Both the position numbers and the translations under genes were made by a program. Positions 8,892 through 18,314 of a DNA stretch of 36,956 nt are shown in pieces (position 1 is the stretch's first letter; every line of letters begins with the position of its first letter). A model generated the notes under the pieces. It worked only from the letters and a program-made list of their open reading frames with translations. It did no database searches and was not told the DNA's origin. The DNA is from Candidatus Woesearchaeota archaeon (lineage in GTDB: Archaea; Nanobdellota; Nanobdellia; Woesearchaeales; WJIZ01): positions 1 through 36,956 of the forward strand of contig JAAOYF010000013.1 in NCBI GenBank assembly GCA_018221205.1. Reading direction: 5' to 3'.

Positions 8892-10502
8892 TTACTTTTT
8901 CCAACGGGCTTTTCCCTTTCGAGTATCGATATGGATTCGATCTGTATATATGCCAATACCTCCAAAACCGAATTGTTCAGCCAGTGCAGCCATCTGTGGA
9001 ACAGTCATACCTTTGATGATAACATCTGCAGCTGTTCCTTTCATATGCTGGCTATCGTCAGCACCACCTGCTTTAGCATTATTTACTGCACATCGACAGC
9101 CTGAATTGACTTTTATCGATTTGCCTGTACGTTTGCGCAATGCCTCGAGTTTGAAAAGAAGTTCTGGCATCAACCGAAAGTTTCTACATCCATCTTTACA
9201 CATGAATTCTTTGACTGAAAAATGTTCAGTTAATTTGCTTGTCCTCGTCACATAAAAAGTAAATTTTCCATTTGGCTTGCCATTTGGCATCTCCATTACC
9301 TTCAGATAAGGTTCGCCATGCTCATCCATACTATTATCATGGTAGAATAAAGCGACAGGAAGAGATTGGATCCGATCCTGGCTGACTAAAGCAGATGCAA
9401 TGTTAAGATTCCGCTGCCATTCATTGAGATTATACGCCTCTGGATTCTGTATCTTACCCAAAGTAGCGCTATCAAAAAAACAGCTGAACTGGTGTGTTTT
9501 GAGAGCATTTTCAACAAGAGTATGAGGAAAATCTGGAGAGATCATCCTATATTTGATAACATCCCAGACCGCAATTTTCGCTTGGTCTGAACACGTCTCA
9601 GCTTCGCCCATAAATAATCGTGCTAGTACAACAGATGGATGCTCTTGAGCTATTGCTTGTCTGACTTCCTTAGCAGTTTTTGCTTTGATATAGTATTTTC
9701 CATGAGTGATTTGAGGCGGTTCTGCACCTGGTTTGAGTGGAATCCTCATTTCATTCCCTGGATAAATCGTATCGATGTCAACCTTGGGATTCAGTTTCTT
9801 TATTCCTTTGATGAATTGGTTATACGGTGGAGTGAATGCATGCAATTTGTTATAGATAATCCCTATGTTCTCCCCACCCTTCACAATATAAGAGAATTCG
9901 GTTTGTGAAGATTTTGCAGAAGGTGCTATTTTCTCAGCTACGGGCTGGGTCTGTTGAAGGGTCTCTTTTGACATGTCTACCCTATGCAACCAAAAAATGC
10001 TCAAGAGGATAGCACCGATGAGAAGAGTAGTCACGTTCGATATGCCTGCTTGCTGTTCATACTGCTTCCTGAAACTTTCCCGGGCCTGTTCAGGCAGATG
10101 TTGTTCGCAGACAACTGCAAATTGTGTGGCAATGATCTTCTCTCTTTTCACCAAGTCTCCATACACAACATTGGATCCTGCCCTTTGCTCCCTAAGGAGA
10201 TGATTCTTCGCTTTTACAAGAAGCTTACTGATTTTATGAAGAAATTCTATCTGCGCTGCGAATGCAAACTGCAATGTATTTTTCTGTCTTTTAAGACGAT
10301 GATGGACTCGAGAAAGCCTTTTGGTAAGCCCGACAATATCCCGTAAAGAATCATCGAGAAGAGCTATCTCTTCGCCAAGCTGTTTCCGCAATGTTTTCCT
10401 ATCGGTCCAGCTCGATCTCCTGTCCTTCAGCTGTTTTGCTGCATCATACCTCTCTTTTACTGAAGCATAAACACCCTTCAAGATACTTTGATAATCGAAC
10501 AT
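8892..10502 (-). CDS. Membrane-anchored multidomain peptidoglycan hydrolase: coiled coil - TM - LysM - SleB/Hydrolase_2-like - peptidase M15
   Basis: TM ~aa157-173; LysM YIVKGGE...LNP..DTIYPGNEMRIP; LARLFMGEA...FPHTL...QFSCF; HFSVKEF...NSGCRC..NN...GG...SQHMKGTAAD...GIGIY...IHIDTR. Confidence 0.82.
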   Translation of the reverse strand: MFDYQSILKGVYASVKERYDAAKQLKDRRSSWTDRKTLRKQLGEEIALLDDSLRDIVGLTKRLSRVHHRLKRQKNTLQFAFAAQIEFLHKISKLLVKAKNHLLREQRAGSNVVYGDLVKREKIIATQFAVVCEQHLPEQARESFRKQYEQQAGISNVTTLLIGAILLSIFWLHRVDMSKETLQQTQPVAEKIAPSAKSSQTEFSYIVKGGENIGIIYNKLHAFTPPYNQFIKGIKKLNPKVDIDTIYPGNEMRIPLKPGAEPPQITHGKYYIKAKTAKEVRQAIAQEHPSVVLARLFMGEAETCSDQAKIAVWDVIKYRMISPDFPHTLVENALKTHQFSCFFDSATLGKIQNPEAYNLNEWQRNLNIASALVSQDRIQSLPVALFYHDNSMDEHGEPYLKVMEMPNGKPNGKFTFYVTRTSKLTEHFSVKEFMCKDGCRNFRLMPELLFKLEALRKRTGKSIKVNSGCRCAVNNAKAGGADDSQHMKGTAADVIIKGMTVPQMAALAEQFGFGGIGIYTDRIHIDTRKGKARWKK

Positions 10503-10574
10503 ATCCTTTCTTCAGATTAAATCTATATTAACCTTATGGTTAATTTTTTATACTGTGCAATAAAAAATCTCATT

Positions 10575-10913
10575 ATGAAACAAGTCATTCTCATAAGGCA
10601 GGATCTCAAGCTCCCGAAAGGCAAAATGTCTGTCCAGGCTGCGCATGCCTCGACTGAATCATTGCTGCGAAGCCATAAGGACGATGTCCAGAAATGGCGC
10701 AATCAAGGCATGAAGAAAGTCGTCCTGAAAGTGAAAGACGAGGAAGAGCTGATCAAGTACAAGCGCGAAGCAGAAGACATAGGATTGGTGACTGCCCTCA
10801 TCCAGGATGCAGGCAGGACTGTTTTAGACCCTGGCACGACAACATGTTTGGGAATCGGCCCTGACAAAGAGGAAAAGATTGATAAAATAACAGGAAAATT
10901 AAAGATGGTATGA
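10575..10913 (+). CDS. pth2: Peptidyl-tRNA hydrolase type 2 (archaeal/eukaryotic)
   Basis: KQVILIRQDLKLPKGK..QAAHA, KKVVLKV, DAGRT, GIGP. Confidence 0.95.
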   Translation: MKQVILIRQDLKLPKGKMSVQAAHASTESLLRSHKDDVQKWRNQGMKKVVLKVKDEEELIKYKREAEDIGLVTALIQDAGRTVLDPGTTTCLGIGPDKEEKIDKITGKLKMV

Positions 10914-11092
10914 AAAAGAAAAAGATGTCTCAGGAAGAGAGGGAAAAGATTATCGCAGACTTAAGGAAAGGTGTCAAAGACGCTGCTGAATCATTATCAG
11001 AGATTGAAGCACTGTATCAAAAGGTCGCAGAAGATATCAGGATAGTTGATGAGATAGCTGAAGAGACCGAGCAATCAGAAAAAGATTTTTAA
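10910..11092 (+). CDS. Small hypothetical coiled-coil protein
   Basis: ATGA overlap with pth2; charged helical sequence. Confidence 0.55.
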   Translation: MKKKKMSQEEREKIIADLRKGVKDAAESLSEIEALYQKVAEDIRIVDEIAEETEQSEKDF

Positions 11093-11117
11093 ACCACTTA
11101 CTTATTCTTGGGGCAAT

Positions 11118-11283
11118 GGGCTCTTAGCTCAGCCTGGCTAGAGCACTTGGCTCTTAACCAAGGGGTCGGGGGTTCGAAGAGATTTTTGCGAAAAATCTCG
11201 TAAAAAGCGGGCGACTTACGCACTACGTGCTCAGTCCCCTTGACGACAGATGATCGCAGATCCCGAAAGTCCCTCAGGGCCCA
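11118..11283 (+). tRNA. tRNA-Lys(CTT) with 91-nt intron at position 59/60 (11179-11269)
   Basis: Acceptor GGGCTCT/AGGGCCC, anticodon arm CTTGG-CTCTTAA-CCAAG, T stem GGGGG/CCCTC; relaxed BHB (TTCG/CGAA helix, bulges AAG and AGT); splicing gives TTCGAAT; CCA not encoded; T-run follows. Confidence 0.85.
11179..11239 (+). repeat. Two-hairpin palindromic element inside the tRNA intron
   Basis: GAGATTTTT-GCG-AAAAATCTC, linker GTAAAAAGCG, second hairpin; matches minus-strand element at 34951-35024. Confidence 0.75.
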
Positions 11284-11368
11284 TTTTTTCATTTCTCAAT
11301 ATAGAGTTGTCACTCTACAATGCTAACAGATAGAAACATTTATAAAGAGGTATTTACTTCCTCGTCCT

Positions 11369-11780
11369 ATGAAACGAGCAATTTCAACCGGAATAGCTGC
11401 ATTAGCCCTTATGTTATCAGAGGGATGCAACTCTACACAGAATGAATTCTACGAGCCAACTGATGACCCTAGCGAAGCAGAAAAAAAGAGATGAAGGTCT
11501 TGTTGATGCAATGGGAGATCTAAGAAAAGCAGATACAAGACTCAAATATAGTGGAAACAGTGAATCAGTATTAGAAGCTTCTCTAAACGACTATAAATCA
11601 GCTAGAGACTCTGTAGATCCACAAAACCCATGGCATAGGGAAACGTACATCAAGGCAATGGAAGGAATAATCAAGATGCATGACGGCCTTGGTAAGAAAG
11701 AGACTGCAGATTCATATCGAAGAGCATTGTCTATGTACCAAGATCTTAATAAGCCAGCAGAAGCAGCACCTGCTAAGTAA
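11369..11780 (+). pseudogene. Lipoprotein gene frameshifted at an A7 run (11481-11487), or a sequencing error
   Basis: TATA at 11339-11346; ATG 11369 encodes signal peptide MKRAISTGIAALALMLSEGC and stops at 11494; +1 frame continues to 11780. Confidence 0.65.
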
Positions 11781-11785
11781 TTTTT

Positions 11786-11923
11786 TTATTTCTGTTTCTT
11801 TCCTATATACCAGAATACACTCCATGCTATCAATACAAACAGGAATCCTCGATAGCCGAACAAGAACGTCGCGACGATCAAGAAGACGATAAAGGAGAGC
11901 TGGTACTTTTGAATGGTTTTCAT
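11786..11923 (-). CDS. 45-aa small membrane protein MKTIQKYQLSFIVFLIVATFLFGYRGFLFVLIAWSVFWYIGKKQK (not in ORF track)
   Basis: TATA-like TTTTATA ~25 nt upstream; two hydrophobic segments and basic tail. Confidence 0.65.
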   Translation of the reverse strand: MKTIQKYQLSFIVFLIVATFLFGYRGFLFVLIAWSVFWYIGKKQK

Positions 11924-11954
11924 AATTCAGATATAAAGAAAAGAGTATAAAAAC

Positions 11955-13274
11955 TTACCTATCAAGGTACATCTTATGTTCCCAAGGATGAATCGCTCGA
12001 TTAAATTCTTCCAACTCTTGTCTCTTCGCATTGACGTACAAAGGACCAGTATGCGGACCAAGGGCTTTCATGAGAACTGGATCCTGTTCCAACAATCGCA
12101 AAGCCTCACTTAGTGTGGCAGGAAGTGTTGGATACTTGATATCACTTCTGCTTGTCGGCTCATACATACTTCCTTCGACAGGCTCAGCTGGTTTCATGCG
12201 TCTTGCCATTCCATCTAGGCCTGCTTCCAACATGACAGCAAACGCGAGATAAGGATTGCAGCTAGGGTCTGGAAAGCGTAATTCAGCCCGTACTGAATTG
12301 GTATTTCCACCAAAGAACTGAGGGATTCTGATCATAGTGGATCTATTCTTCTGTCCCCATGAGATGATCACTGGCGCTTCATATCCTGGAACTAATCGCT
12401 TGTAGGAATTCACTGTTGGAGCAACAACTGCAGCCATCGCACCTGCATGCTTTAATTGGCCTGCGATAAATCGTCGTGCAATCCCGCTCAAATAAAACTG
12501 TCCATTTTCATCATAAAATTCGTTTTTATCTCCTTTGAACAGGCTTTGATGAGTATGCATTCCTGATCCATTCAGACCCTCAAAAGGTTTGGGCATGAAA
12601 GTAGCAACAAGATCGTGGTCCTGCGCAACAGATTTTACCACATACTTAAAAGTCAGGCACCTGTCTGCTTGTCTAAGTGCTTCTCCGTATTTGAAATCAA
12701 TCTCATGCTGCCCTGGCGCAACTTCATGATGGCTCATCTCAGGCTCAAATCCCATCTCTCGAAGATATCGCACAATCTCTCTCCGAATCTTTACGCCTAG
12801 GTCTCTTGAACCCATATCAAAATAGCCAGCAGTATCATGAGGAACGACGAGTGCTGTTGCAGCCTCCTTTGGAAGAAGAAAAAATTCCAATTCTGGTCCG
12901 ACGTTAAAAGTATAACCTCTTTTCTCTGCCCGTTCGACTGCTCTTCTAAGAATATGTCGAGGATCACCCTCAAAATGAGTTCCATCCGGGTTAAAAATAT
13001 CGCAGATGAATCGAGCTGACTTATCTCCATCATTATTCCAAGGAATTGTCTGGTATGTTGATGGATCAGGCCGCAAGTAGACGTCGCTTTCCTGGATCCT
13101 GGTAAAGCCTTCAATAGAGCTCCCATCAAACCAAGTGCCCCTTTCCAGACTTTCCTCAAGTCGCGAAGAGGGGAGATCAACAGACTTCAATACACCATGT
13201 AAATCAGTAAATTGTAATTCTATAACTTCTACCTCATCCTTTCTAACTCTTTCCAGTGCTTCATTTTTATCCAA
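11955..13274 (-). CDS. glnA: Glutamine synthetase type I
   Basis: FDGSSIEGF, ELEFF, HHEVAPGQHEI, FMPKP, NGSGMH, YKRLVPGYEAP, ELRFPD; TTG start with SD. Confidence 0.95.
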   Translation of the reverse strand: MDKNEALERVRKDEVEVIELQFTDLHGVLKSVDLPSSRLEESLERGTWFDGSSIEGFTRIQESDVYLRPDPSTYQTIPWNNDGDKSARFICDIFNPDGTHFEGDPRHILRRAVERAEKRGYTFNVGPELEFFLLPKEAATALVVPHDTAGYFDMGSRDLGVKIRREIVRYLREMGFEPEMSHHEVAPGQHEIDFKYGEALRQADRCLTFKYVVKSVAQDHDLVATFMPKPFEGLNGSGMHTHQSLFKGDKNEFYDENGQFYLSGIARRFIAGQLKHAGAMAAVVAPTVNSYKRLVPGYEAPVIISWGQKNRSTMIRIPQFFGGNTNSVRAELRFPDPSCNPYLAFAVMLEAGLDGMARRMKPAEPVEGSMYEPTSRSDIKYPTLPATLSEALRLLEQDPVLMKALGPHTGPLYVNAKRQELEEFNRAIHPWEHKMYLDR

Positions 13275-13400
13275 ATTATCAGCCCTCCTATTTTTTCACA
13301 ATCAGGTGAAGATATAAAAGCTTTATTGCACTGCAACATAACGTTAAGAGAAGAGATAATCCAAGTAAACTTTTTAAACCCGCTTAAAATGCAGATCCTT

Positions 13401-14156
13401 ATGAATATCGCAATAGTAGGTTATGGTGGTATGGGTAAGATAATCGCCCAAGAGGCCAGAAAGAAAGGCATGATAATAGTATCGATAATCGATCCCAAAG
13501 TAGAAGGAGCGACCCATAAGATCGTATCATCAGAGTCATTGAAAGGTGTCGATGTCGCTATCGACTTCACCAGTCCAGGTGTGGCATTAGAGAACATCAA
13601 GAAATATGTCGCCTACAAGACGGATGTGGTCATGGGAACAACCGGTTGGTATGACCATATGGATGAAGTCAAAGAGATGGTGAAAGACTCCGGCATAAAG
13701 TTCCTCTGGGCAAGCAATTTCTCTATCGGAGTGAATCTCTATTTCAAGATCATCGACTTTGCTTCAAAGCTCATGGACAGTGCAGAAGAGTATGATATCT
13801 GGGGCAACGAGGTACATCATAAGAACAAGAAAGACTCCCCATCAGGAACTGCAAAAAGCATATCAAAGATAATCCTCAAGAATATCGAAAGGAAAAACAA
13901 GGTTGCCTATGAGATGCTCAACAGGAAAATTGACCCAGATGAGTTCCACTTTTCCTCAACTCGTGGAGGAGAGGTGAATTTCGAGCATACCATCGGATTT
14001 GACAGTCCGGCAGATACCATCACGATAAGACATAATGCAAGAAACAGAAATGGTTATGCTTCTGGATCTATCCATGCAGCAGAATGGCTCAATAAGAAAG
14101 AGCCTGGCTATTATGAATTAGATGATTTCATGAAAGAATTGGGTGAGAAAAGATGA
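13401..14156 (+). CDS. dapB: 4-hydroxy-tetrahydrodipicolinate reductase
   Basis: GYGGMG, IDFT, GTTG, NFSIGVN, EVHH..KKDSPSGTA. Confidence 0.95.
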   Translation: MNIAIVGYGGMGKIIAQEARKKGMIIVSIIDPKVEGATHKIVSSESLKGVDVAIDFTSPGVALENIKKYVAYKTDVVMGTTGWYDHMDEVKEMVKDSGIKFLWASNFSIGVNLYFKIIDFASKLMDSAEEYDIWGNEVHHKNKKDSPSGTAKSISKIILKNIERKNKVAYEMLNRKIDPDEFHFSSTRGGEVNFEHTIGFDSPADTITIRHNARNRNGYASGSIHAAEWLNKKEPGYYELDDFMKELGEKR

Positions 14157-15031
14157 ACTGGCAAGGTGTATATACGGCAATAGTGACTCCGTTTAAGGAC
14201 GGAGAAATTGATTGGGATGCATTGAAGAAACTCGTAGAATTCCAGCTGGAGAATAATGTAACAGGGATTGTGCCTTGTGGAACAACAGGAGAATCCCCTT
14301 GCTTATCCGATGAAGAAGCATTCAAGCTCATTGAAAACGTAGTCAAATGGACTGACGGAAAATGTAAAGTCATCGCCGGTTCAGGAACGAATTCAACCGC
14401 AAAGACCATCGCCAAAAGCAAGAAAGTAGAAAGCTTAGGTGTAGATGGACTATTGGTCGTCAATCCTTATTACAACAAACCGACGCAGGAAGGATTATAT
14501 CAGCATTTCAAAGCTGTCGCAGATTCAGTGAAGATTCCGATTGTCCTCTACAACATCAAAGGCCGGACAGGAGTGAATGTCGAAACCTTAACATTGATGA
14601 GGCTCATAAAAGAATGTCCAAACATCAGAATAGTCAAGGAAGCATCTGGAAATTTGGACCAGATGAAAGAGGTCATCAAGCAATCTCCAGATGACTTTAC
14701 TGTCCTTTCAGGAGACGACGGTATAACATTGGATCTGATAAAAGCTGGAGGAGACGGTGTTGTTTCAGTCGCCTCAAACATCATTCCCGATAAGATGGTT
14801 GCATTAGTGAACGCAGCATTAAAAAAAGATTTTGATGAAGCAGAGAAGATGAACACAGAACTGAAAGATTTCTTCGAGAAAGAATTCATCGAGACCAATC
14901 CACTCCCTATCAAAGCAGCATTGGCCATGAAAGGCATGATTGAAGAGGAATATAGGCTGCCTATGTGCAGGATGTCCTCTGCGAACAGAGAGAGATGGCA
15001 AGCAACATTAAAGAATATGAAGATACTATGA
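14153..15031 (+). CDS. dapA: 4-hydroxy-tetrahydrodipicolinate synthase
   Basis: AIVTPF, GTTGES, PYYNKP, LYNI, KEASG, SGDD, TNPLPIK. Confidence 0.95.
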   Translation: MNWQGVYTAIVTPFKDGEIDWDALKKLVEFQLENNVTGIVPCGTTGESPCLSDEEAFKLIENVVKWTDGKCKVIAGSGTNSTAKTIAKSKKVESLGVDGLLVVNPYYNKPTQEGLYQHFKAVADSVKIPIVLYNIKGRTGVNVETLTLMRLIKECPNIRIVKEASGNLDQMKEVIKQSPDDFTVLSGDDGITLDLIKAGGDGVVSVASNIIPDKMVALVNAALKKDFDEAEKMNTELKDFFEKEFIETNPLPIKAALAMKGMIEEEYRLPMCRMSSANRERWQATLKNMKIL

Positions 15032-16266
15032 AACTTCCTTTCACTAAAGAACAAGTAGAGAAGATAAGAGAGAGATTCCCGACTCCCTTCCACATCTACG
15101 ATGAGAAAAGAATCAGAGAGAATGTAAGAAAGTTCAAGAAAGCATTCGGCAAATTAGAAGGCTTCAAGGAATTCTTTGCAGTCAAGGCATTGCCCAATCC
15201 ATACATCCTAAAGATATTGAAAGAGGAAGGCTTCGGCACTGATTGCTCTTCCTTGCCTGAACTCATCCTATCAGAGAAAGTCGGCATAACAGGAGAAGAG
15301 ATAATGTTCAGCTCTAATGACACTCCAAAAGAGGCATTCAAGAAAGCAAAAGAGCTGGGAGCGATCATCAATGTAGACGACATTTCTCATATTGAATTTC
15401 TTGAGAAAGCAGCTGGCCTGCCGGATCTCATATGCTTCAGATACAACCCAGGACCAGCAAGAAAAGGCTCAACTATCATCGGCGATCCGAAAGAGGCAAA
15501 GTACGGCTTCACCAAAGAGCAATTGCTGGAAGGATATAGGATCTGCAAAGAAAAAGGTGTGAAAAGGTTCGGCCTGCATACTATGGTCATCTCAAATGAA
15601 CTCAATGAAGACTATTTCATCGAGACAGCAAAGATGCTTTTCGAACTCGCTATAGAAATAAAAGAAAAACTGGACATTCAGCTAGAATTTGTCAATCTAG
15701 GTGGGGGCATAGGCATTCCCTACAGACCAGATGAAAGACCAGTAGATTATGAAAAGATTGCAGATGGTGTACAGAAGCAGTATGATGAATTGATAAAAAA
15801 GAACAACCTGCATCTAAAGATCTATCTGGAGTGCGGCCGTGTCATAACAGGTCCTTATGGCTATCTCATAACAACAGTCCTTCATCTTAAGCATACCTAC
15901 AAAGAATACGTCGGTGTAGATGCTTCCATGGCAAATCTGATGCGGCCTGCGATGTACGGTGCACATCATCCTATCACTGTCCTAGGAAAAGAAGACAAAG
16001 CAAATGATCATACCTATGATGTCACTGGATCATTATGCGAAAACAATGATAAATTCGCGATTGACAGGAAGCTGCCAGAGATCAATGAAGGAGATATCTT
16101 AGCGATCCACAACACCGGCGCGCATGGCCATAGTATGGGCTTCAATTATAACGCCAGTCTAAGAAGCGCAGAACTCCTCTTAAAAGAAAACAAAGATGTC
16201 ATCCAGATCAGGCGTGCAGAGACAGTGGAAGATTATTTCTCCACTTTAGATTTCTCAAACCTATAA
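15028..16266 (+). CDS. lysA: Diaminopimelate decarboxylase
   Basis: FAVKA PLP lysine, NLGGGIG, ECGR, GSLCEN; ATGA overlap with dapA. Confidence 0.93.
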   Translation: MKLPFTKEQVEKIRERFPTPFHIYDEKRIRENVRKFKKAFGKLEGFKEFFAVKALPNPYILKILKEEGFGTDCSSLPELILSEKVGITGEEIMFSSNDTPKEAFKKAKELGAIINVDDISHIEFLEKAAGLPDLICFRYNPGPARKGSTIIGDPKEAKYGFTKEQLLEGYRICKEKGVKRFGLHTMVISNELNEDYFIETAKMLFELAIEIKEKLDIQLEFVNLGGGIGIPYRPDERPVDYEKIADGVQKQYDELIKKNNLHLKIYLECGRVITGPYGYLITTVLHLKHTYKEYVGVDASMANLMRPAMYGAHHPITVLGKEDKANDHTYDVTGSLCENNDKFAIDRKLPEINEGDILAIHNTGAHGHSMGFNYNASLRSAELLLKENKDVIQIRRAETVEDYFSTLDFSNL

Positions 16267-16314
16267 ATTTTTAAATCAGCAATTATTCTTCCATATTAAA
16301 AATCGAGGGAAAAA

Positions 16315-17496
16315 ATGAGGATTGAAGCGTCAAAAAGAGTGCAGTCAATAGGCAGCTATGCATTTGCAGATGTCGACAATGAAGTTGCCAAATTGAAAAG
16401 ACATGGAATTTCTCCGATAGATTTCGGCGTCGGTGATCCTAAAGAGCCCACTCCAGGTATAATCCGAAATTATACTAAGAGGGCTATTGACAAAAAAAGA
16501 GAATCCGGCTATCCTTCATACATCGGCTCTGAGGATTTCAGGCAGACCGTATCAGAATGGAACAAGAAAAGATTCAATATCGACCTTGATCCAAAGACAG
16601 AGATATCCTCGACCATAGGAAGCAAAGAAGGCATCTTCAATTTCGCAGAAGGCTTCATCAACCCTGGAGATTATGCTATCATACCCACTCCTGGCTATCC
16701 GCCCTGGAGCAGAGGAACTTTATTCTCAGAGGGAAAATCATACTTCGTTCCATTGACAAAAGAAAATGAATTCCTGCCCGATCTCGATAAGATTCCAAAA
16801 GACATCATAAAGAAAGCAAAGATACTCTGGATAAACTATCCAAATAATCCGACATCAGCCATAGCATCAAAGGATTTCTTGAAAAAAGCAGTTGATTTCG
16901 GCCATGATAACAATATCATCATCGCCTCTGATGAAGCATATTCAGAATTTTATTTTGAGGAAGAATACCGGCCTCACTCAATCCTGGAGATCTCGAAACA
17001 AGGCACTGTCGCTTTCAACTCCTTATCAAAAAGAAGCTTCATGACAACCTATCGGGTAGGATGGCTCGCCGGAGATAAGGAAATCATCGATATCTTCAAG
17101 AAAGTGAAGACCAATGTCGATTCAGGAACATCCACATTCATCCAGGATGCTGCCATCGCAGCTTATAATGATGAATCTCATGTGAAACATATGCGGGAAG
17201 AATACAAGAAAAAACGCGATTATATGTGCCAGGCTTTGAAACAGGCTGGATTAGAAGATTGCACTCCGAAGGCAACTATGTACATCTGGCAGAAAGTTCC
17301 AGAAAAGCTCTCATCGATTGAGTTCGCAAAAAAACTATTGGATCCGAAGATTGCCTGCGTCGTCACGCCAGGAGAATGGATATCAGAAGAAGTGGATGGG
17401 ATGAACCCTGGAAAAGGCTATGTCCGATTTGCGCTAGTACCCACAATCCATGAATGCAAGGTGGCTGCAGAAAAAATAGGGAAACTTTCGTTCTAA
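16315..17496 (+). CDS. dapL: Class I/II PLP aminotransferase, probably LL-diaminopimelate aminotransferase
   Basis: NYPNNPT, DEAYSE, SLSK, RVG; adjacent to dapB-dapA-lysA. Confidence 0.75.
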   Translation: MRIEASKRVQSIGSYAFADVDNEVAKLKRHGISPIDFGVGDPKEPTPGIIRNYTKRAIDKKRESGYPSYIGSEDFRQTVSEWNKKRFNIDLDPKTEISSTIGSKEGIFNFAEGFINPGDYAIIPTPGYPPWSRGTLFSEGKSYFVPLTKENEFLPDLDKIPKDIIKKAKILWINYPNNPTSAIASKDFLKKAVDFGHDNNIIIASDEAYSEFYFEEEYRPHSILEISKQGTVAFNSLSKRSFMTTYRVGWLAGDKEIIDIFKKVKTNVDSGTSTFIQDAAIAAYNDESHVKHMREEYKKKRDYMCQALKQAGLEDCTPKATMYIWQKVPEKLSSIEFAKKLLDPKIACVVTPGEWISEEVDGMNPGKGYVRFALVPTIHECKVAAEKIGKLSF

Positions 17497-17575
17497 TCTC
17501 TCTATGATATAAATACTTAAATAAAATCCTTCCTTGTTTATATATAGTTTTTATATAATTTTTAAAGGTGGTACA

Positions 17576-18280
17576 ACGAGAGCAAGACTTGCTGTAGGGC
17601 TATTAGGCATTCTCATTAGTTGCACCACACCAAGAAATGATACCCTTGAAGATTCTGTTTGGGAACCTACCCATGATACACAACAGCAAACAACAGTGTA
17701 TAGTGTGCGGGCGCCCGCGCAACAAAAAATTGATTCTCCGGAGCGTGAAGAAAGCCACCCTGCAATAGATCCAGAACATGTTATCTATCCGCAAGAGAAA
17801 AAGCAGAAAAAAAAGCTCAAGCCAAGATTTTCATTATTCGCCTTTTACCTATCGGGCAACATGCCCTCATTCAACTATGATGTTCAGCATGGCAGACTCA
17901 CCGTGACTGAAACGCCCCGTTTCAAAGATCCTGAATTTTTTGAACCCAATGTCAACCTTGCTTATTCCACAGGATCAGAGATTATGTTTAATTATTGGCT
18001 GTCTCTTCGACCAACGCATGATGGCTATGATTATCAAAATATGGGGTGCCAATTCAGCGTGAGCGAATTCCCTGATTTTAGAACTCGTTTCACTCATGAT
18101 GATGGGGGCTTCAAAGTCTTCACCGGGATAAAACCATTCGGACCGGGCATTGAACCATTCCATCAATACGACTTTGATAGGGATCAACATAGGTTCGGAG
18201 CTCGTCTTAATGGGTCGAAAGCCCTCAAAGCTGCAAAAACAGCATGGAATTATGTCAGAGACATATTCTCATCAAAATAG
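17576..18280 (+). CDS. Hypothetical lipoprotein with beta-strand-rich C-terminal domain; start codon uncertain (ACG 17576 or TTG 17534)
   Basis: SD AGGTGG followed by in-frame ACG, then RARLAVGLLGILISC lipobox-like signal. Confidence 0.55.
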   Translation, partial: TRARLAVGLLGILISCTTPRNDTLEDSVWEPTHDTQQQTTVYSVRAPAQQKIDSPEREESHPAIDPEHVIYPQEKKQKKKLKPRFSLFAFYLSGNMPSFNYDVQHGRLTVTETPRFKDPEFFEPNVNLAYSTGSEIMFNYWLSLRPTHDGYDYQNMGCQFSVSEFPDFRTRFTHDDGGFKVFTGIKPFGPGIEPFHQYDFDRDQHRFGARLNGSKALKAAKTAWNYVRDIFSSK

Positions 18281-18314
18281 CAACTTTTAAATAACTCATT
18301 TTCAAAGTCAGGCT

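Noticed and set aside
8892..10502. Prophage endolysin
   Set aside because: No holin, structural, terminase or integrase genes; flanked by HAD hydrolase and pth2
11098..11292. 64-aa minus-strand ORF
   Set aside because: Antisense to the tRNA-Lys gene and its intron
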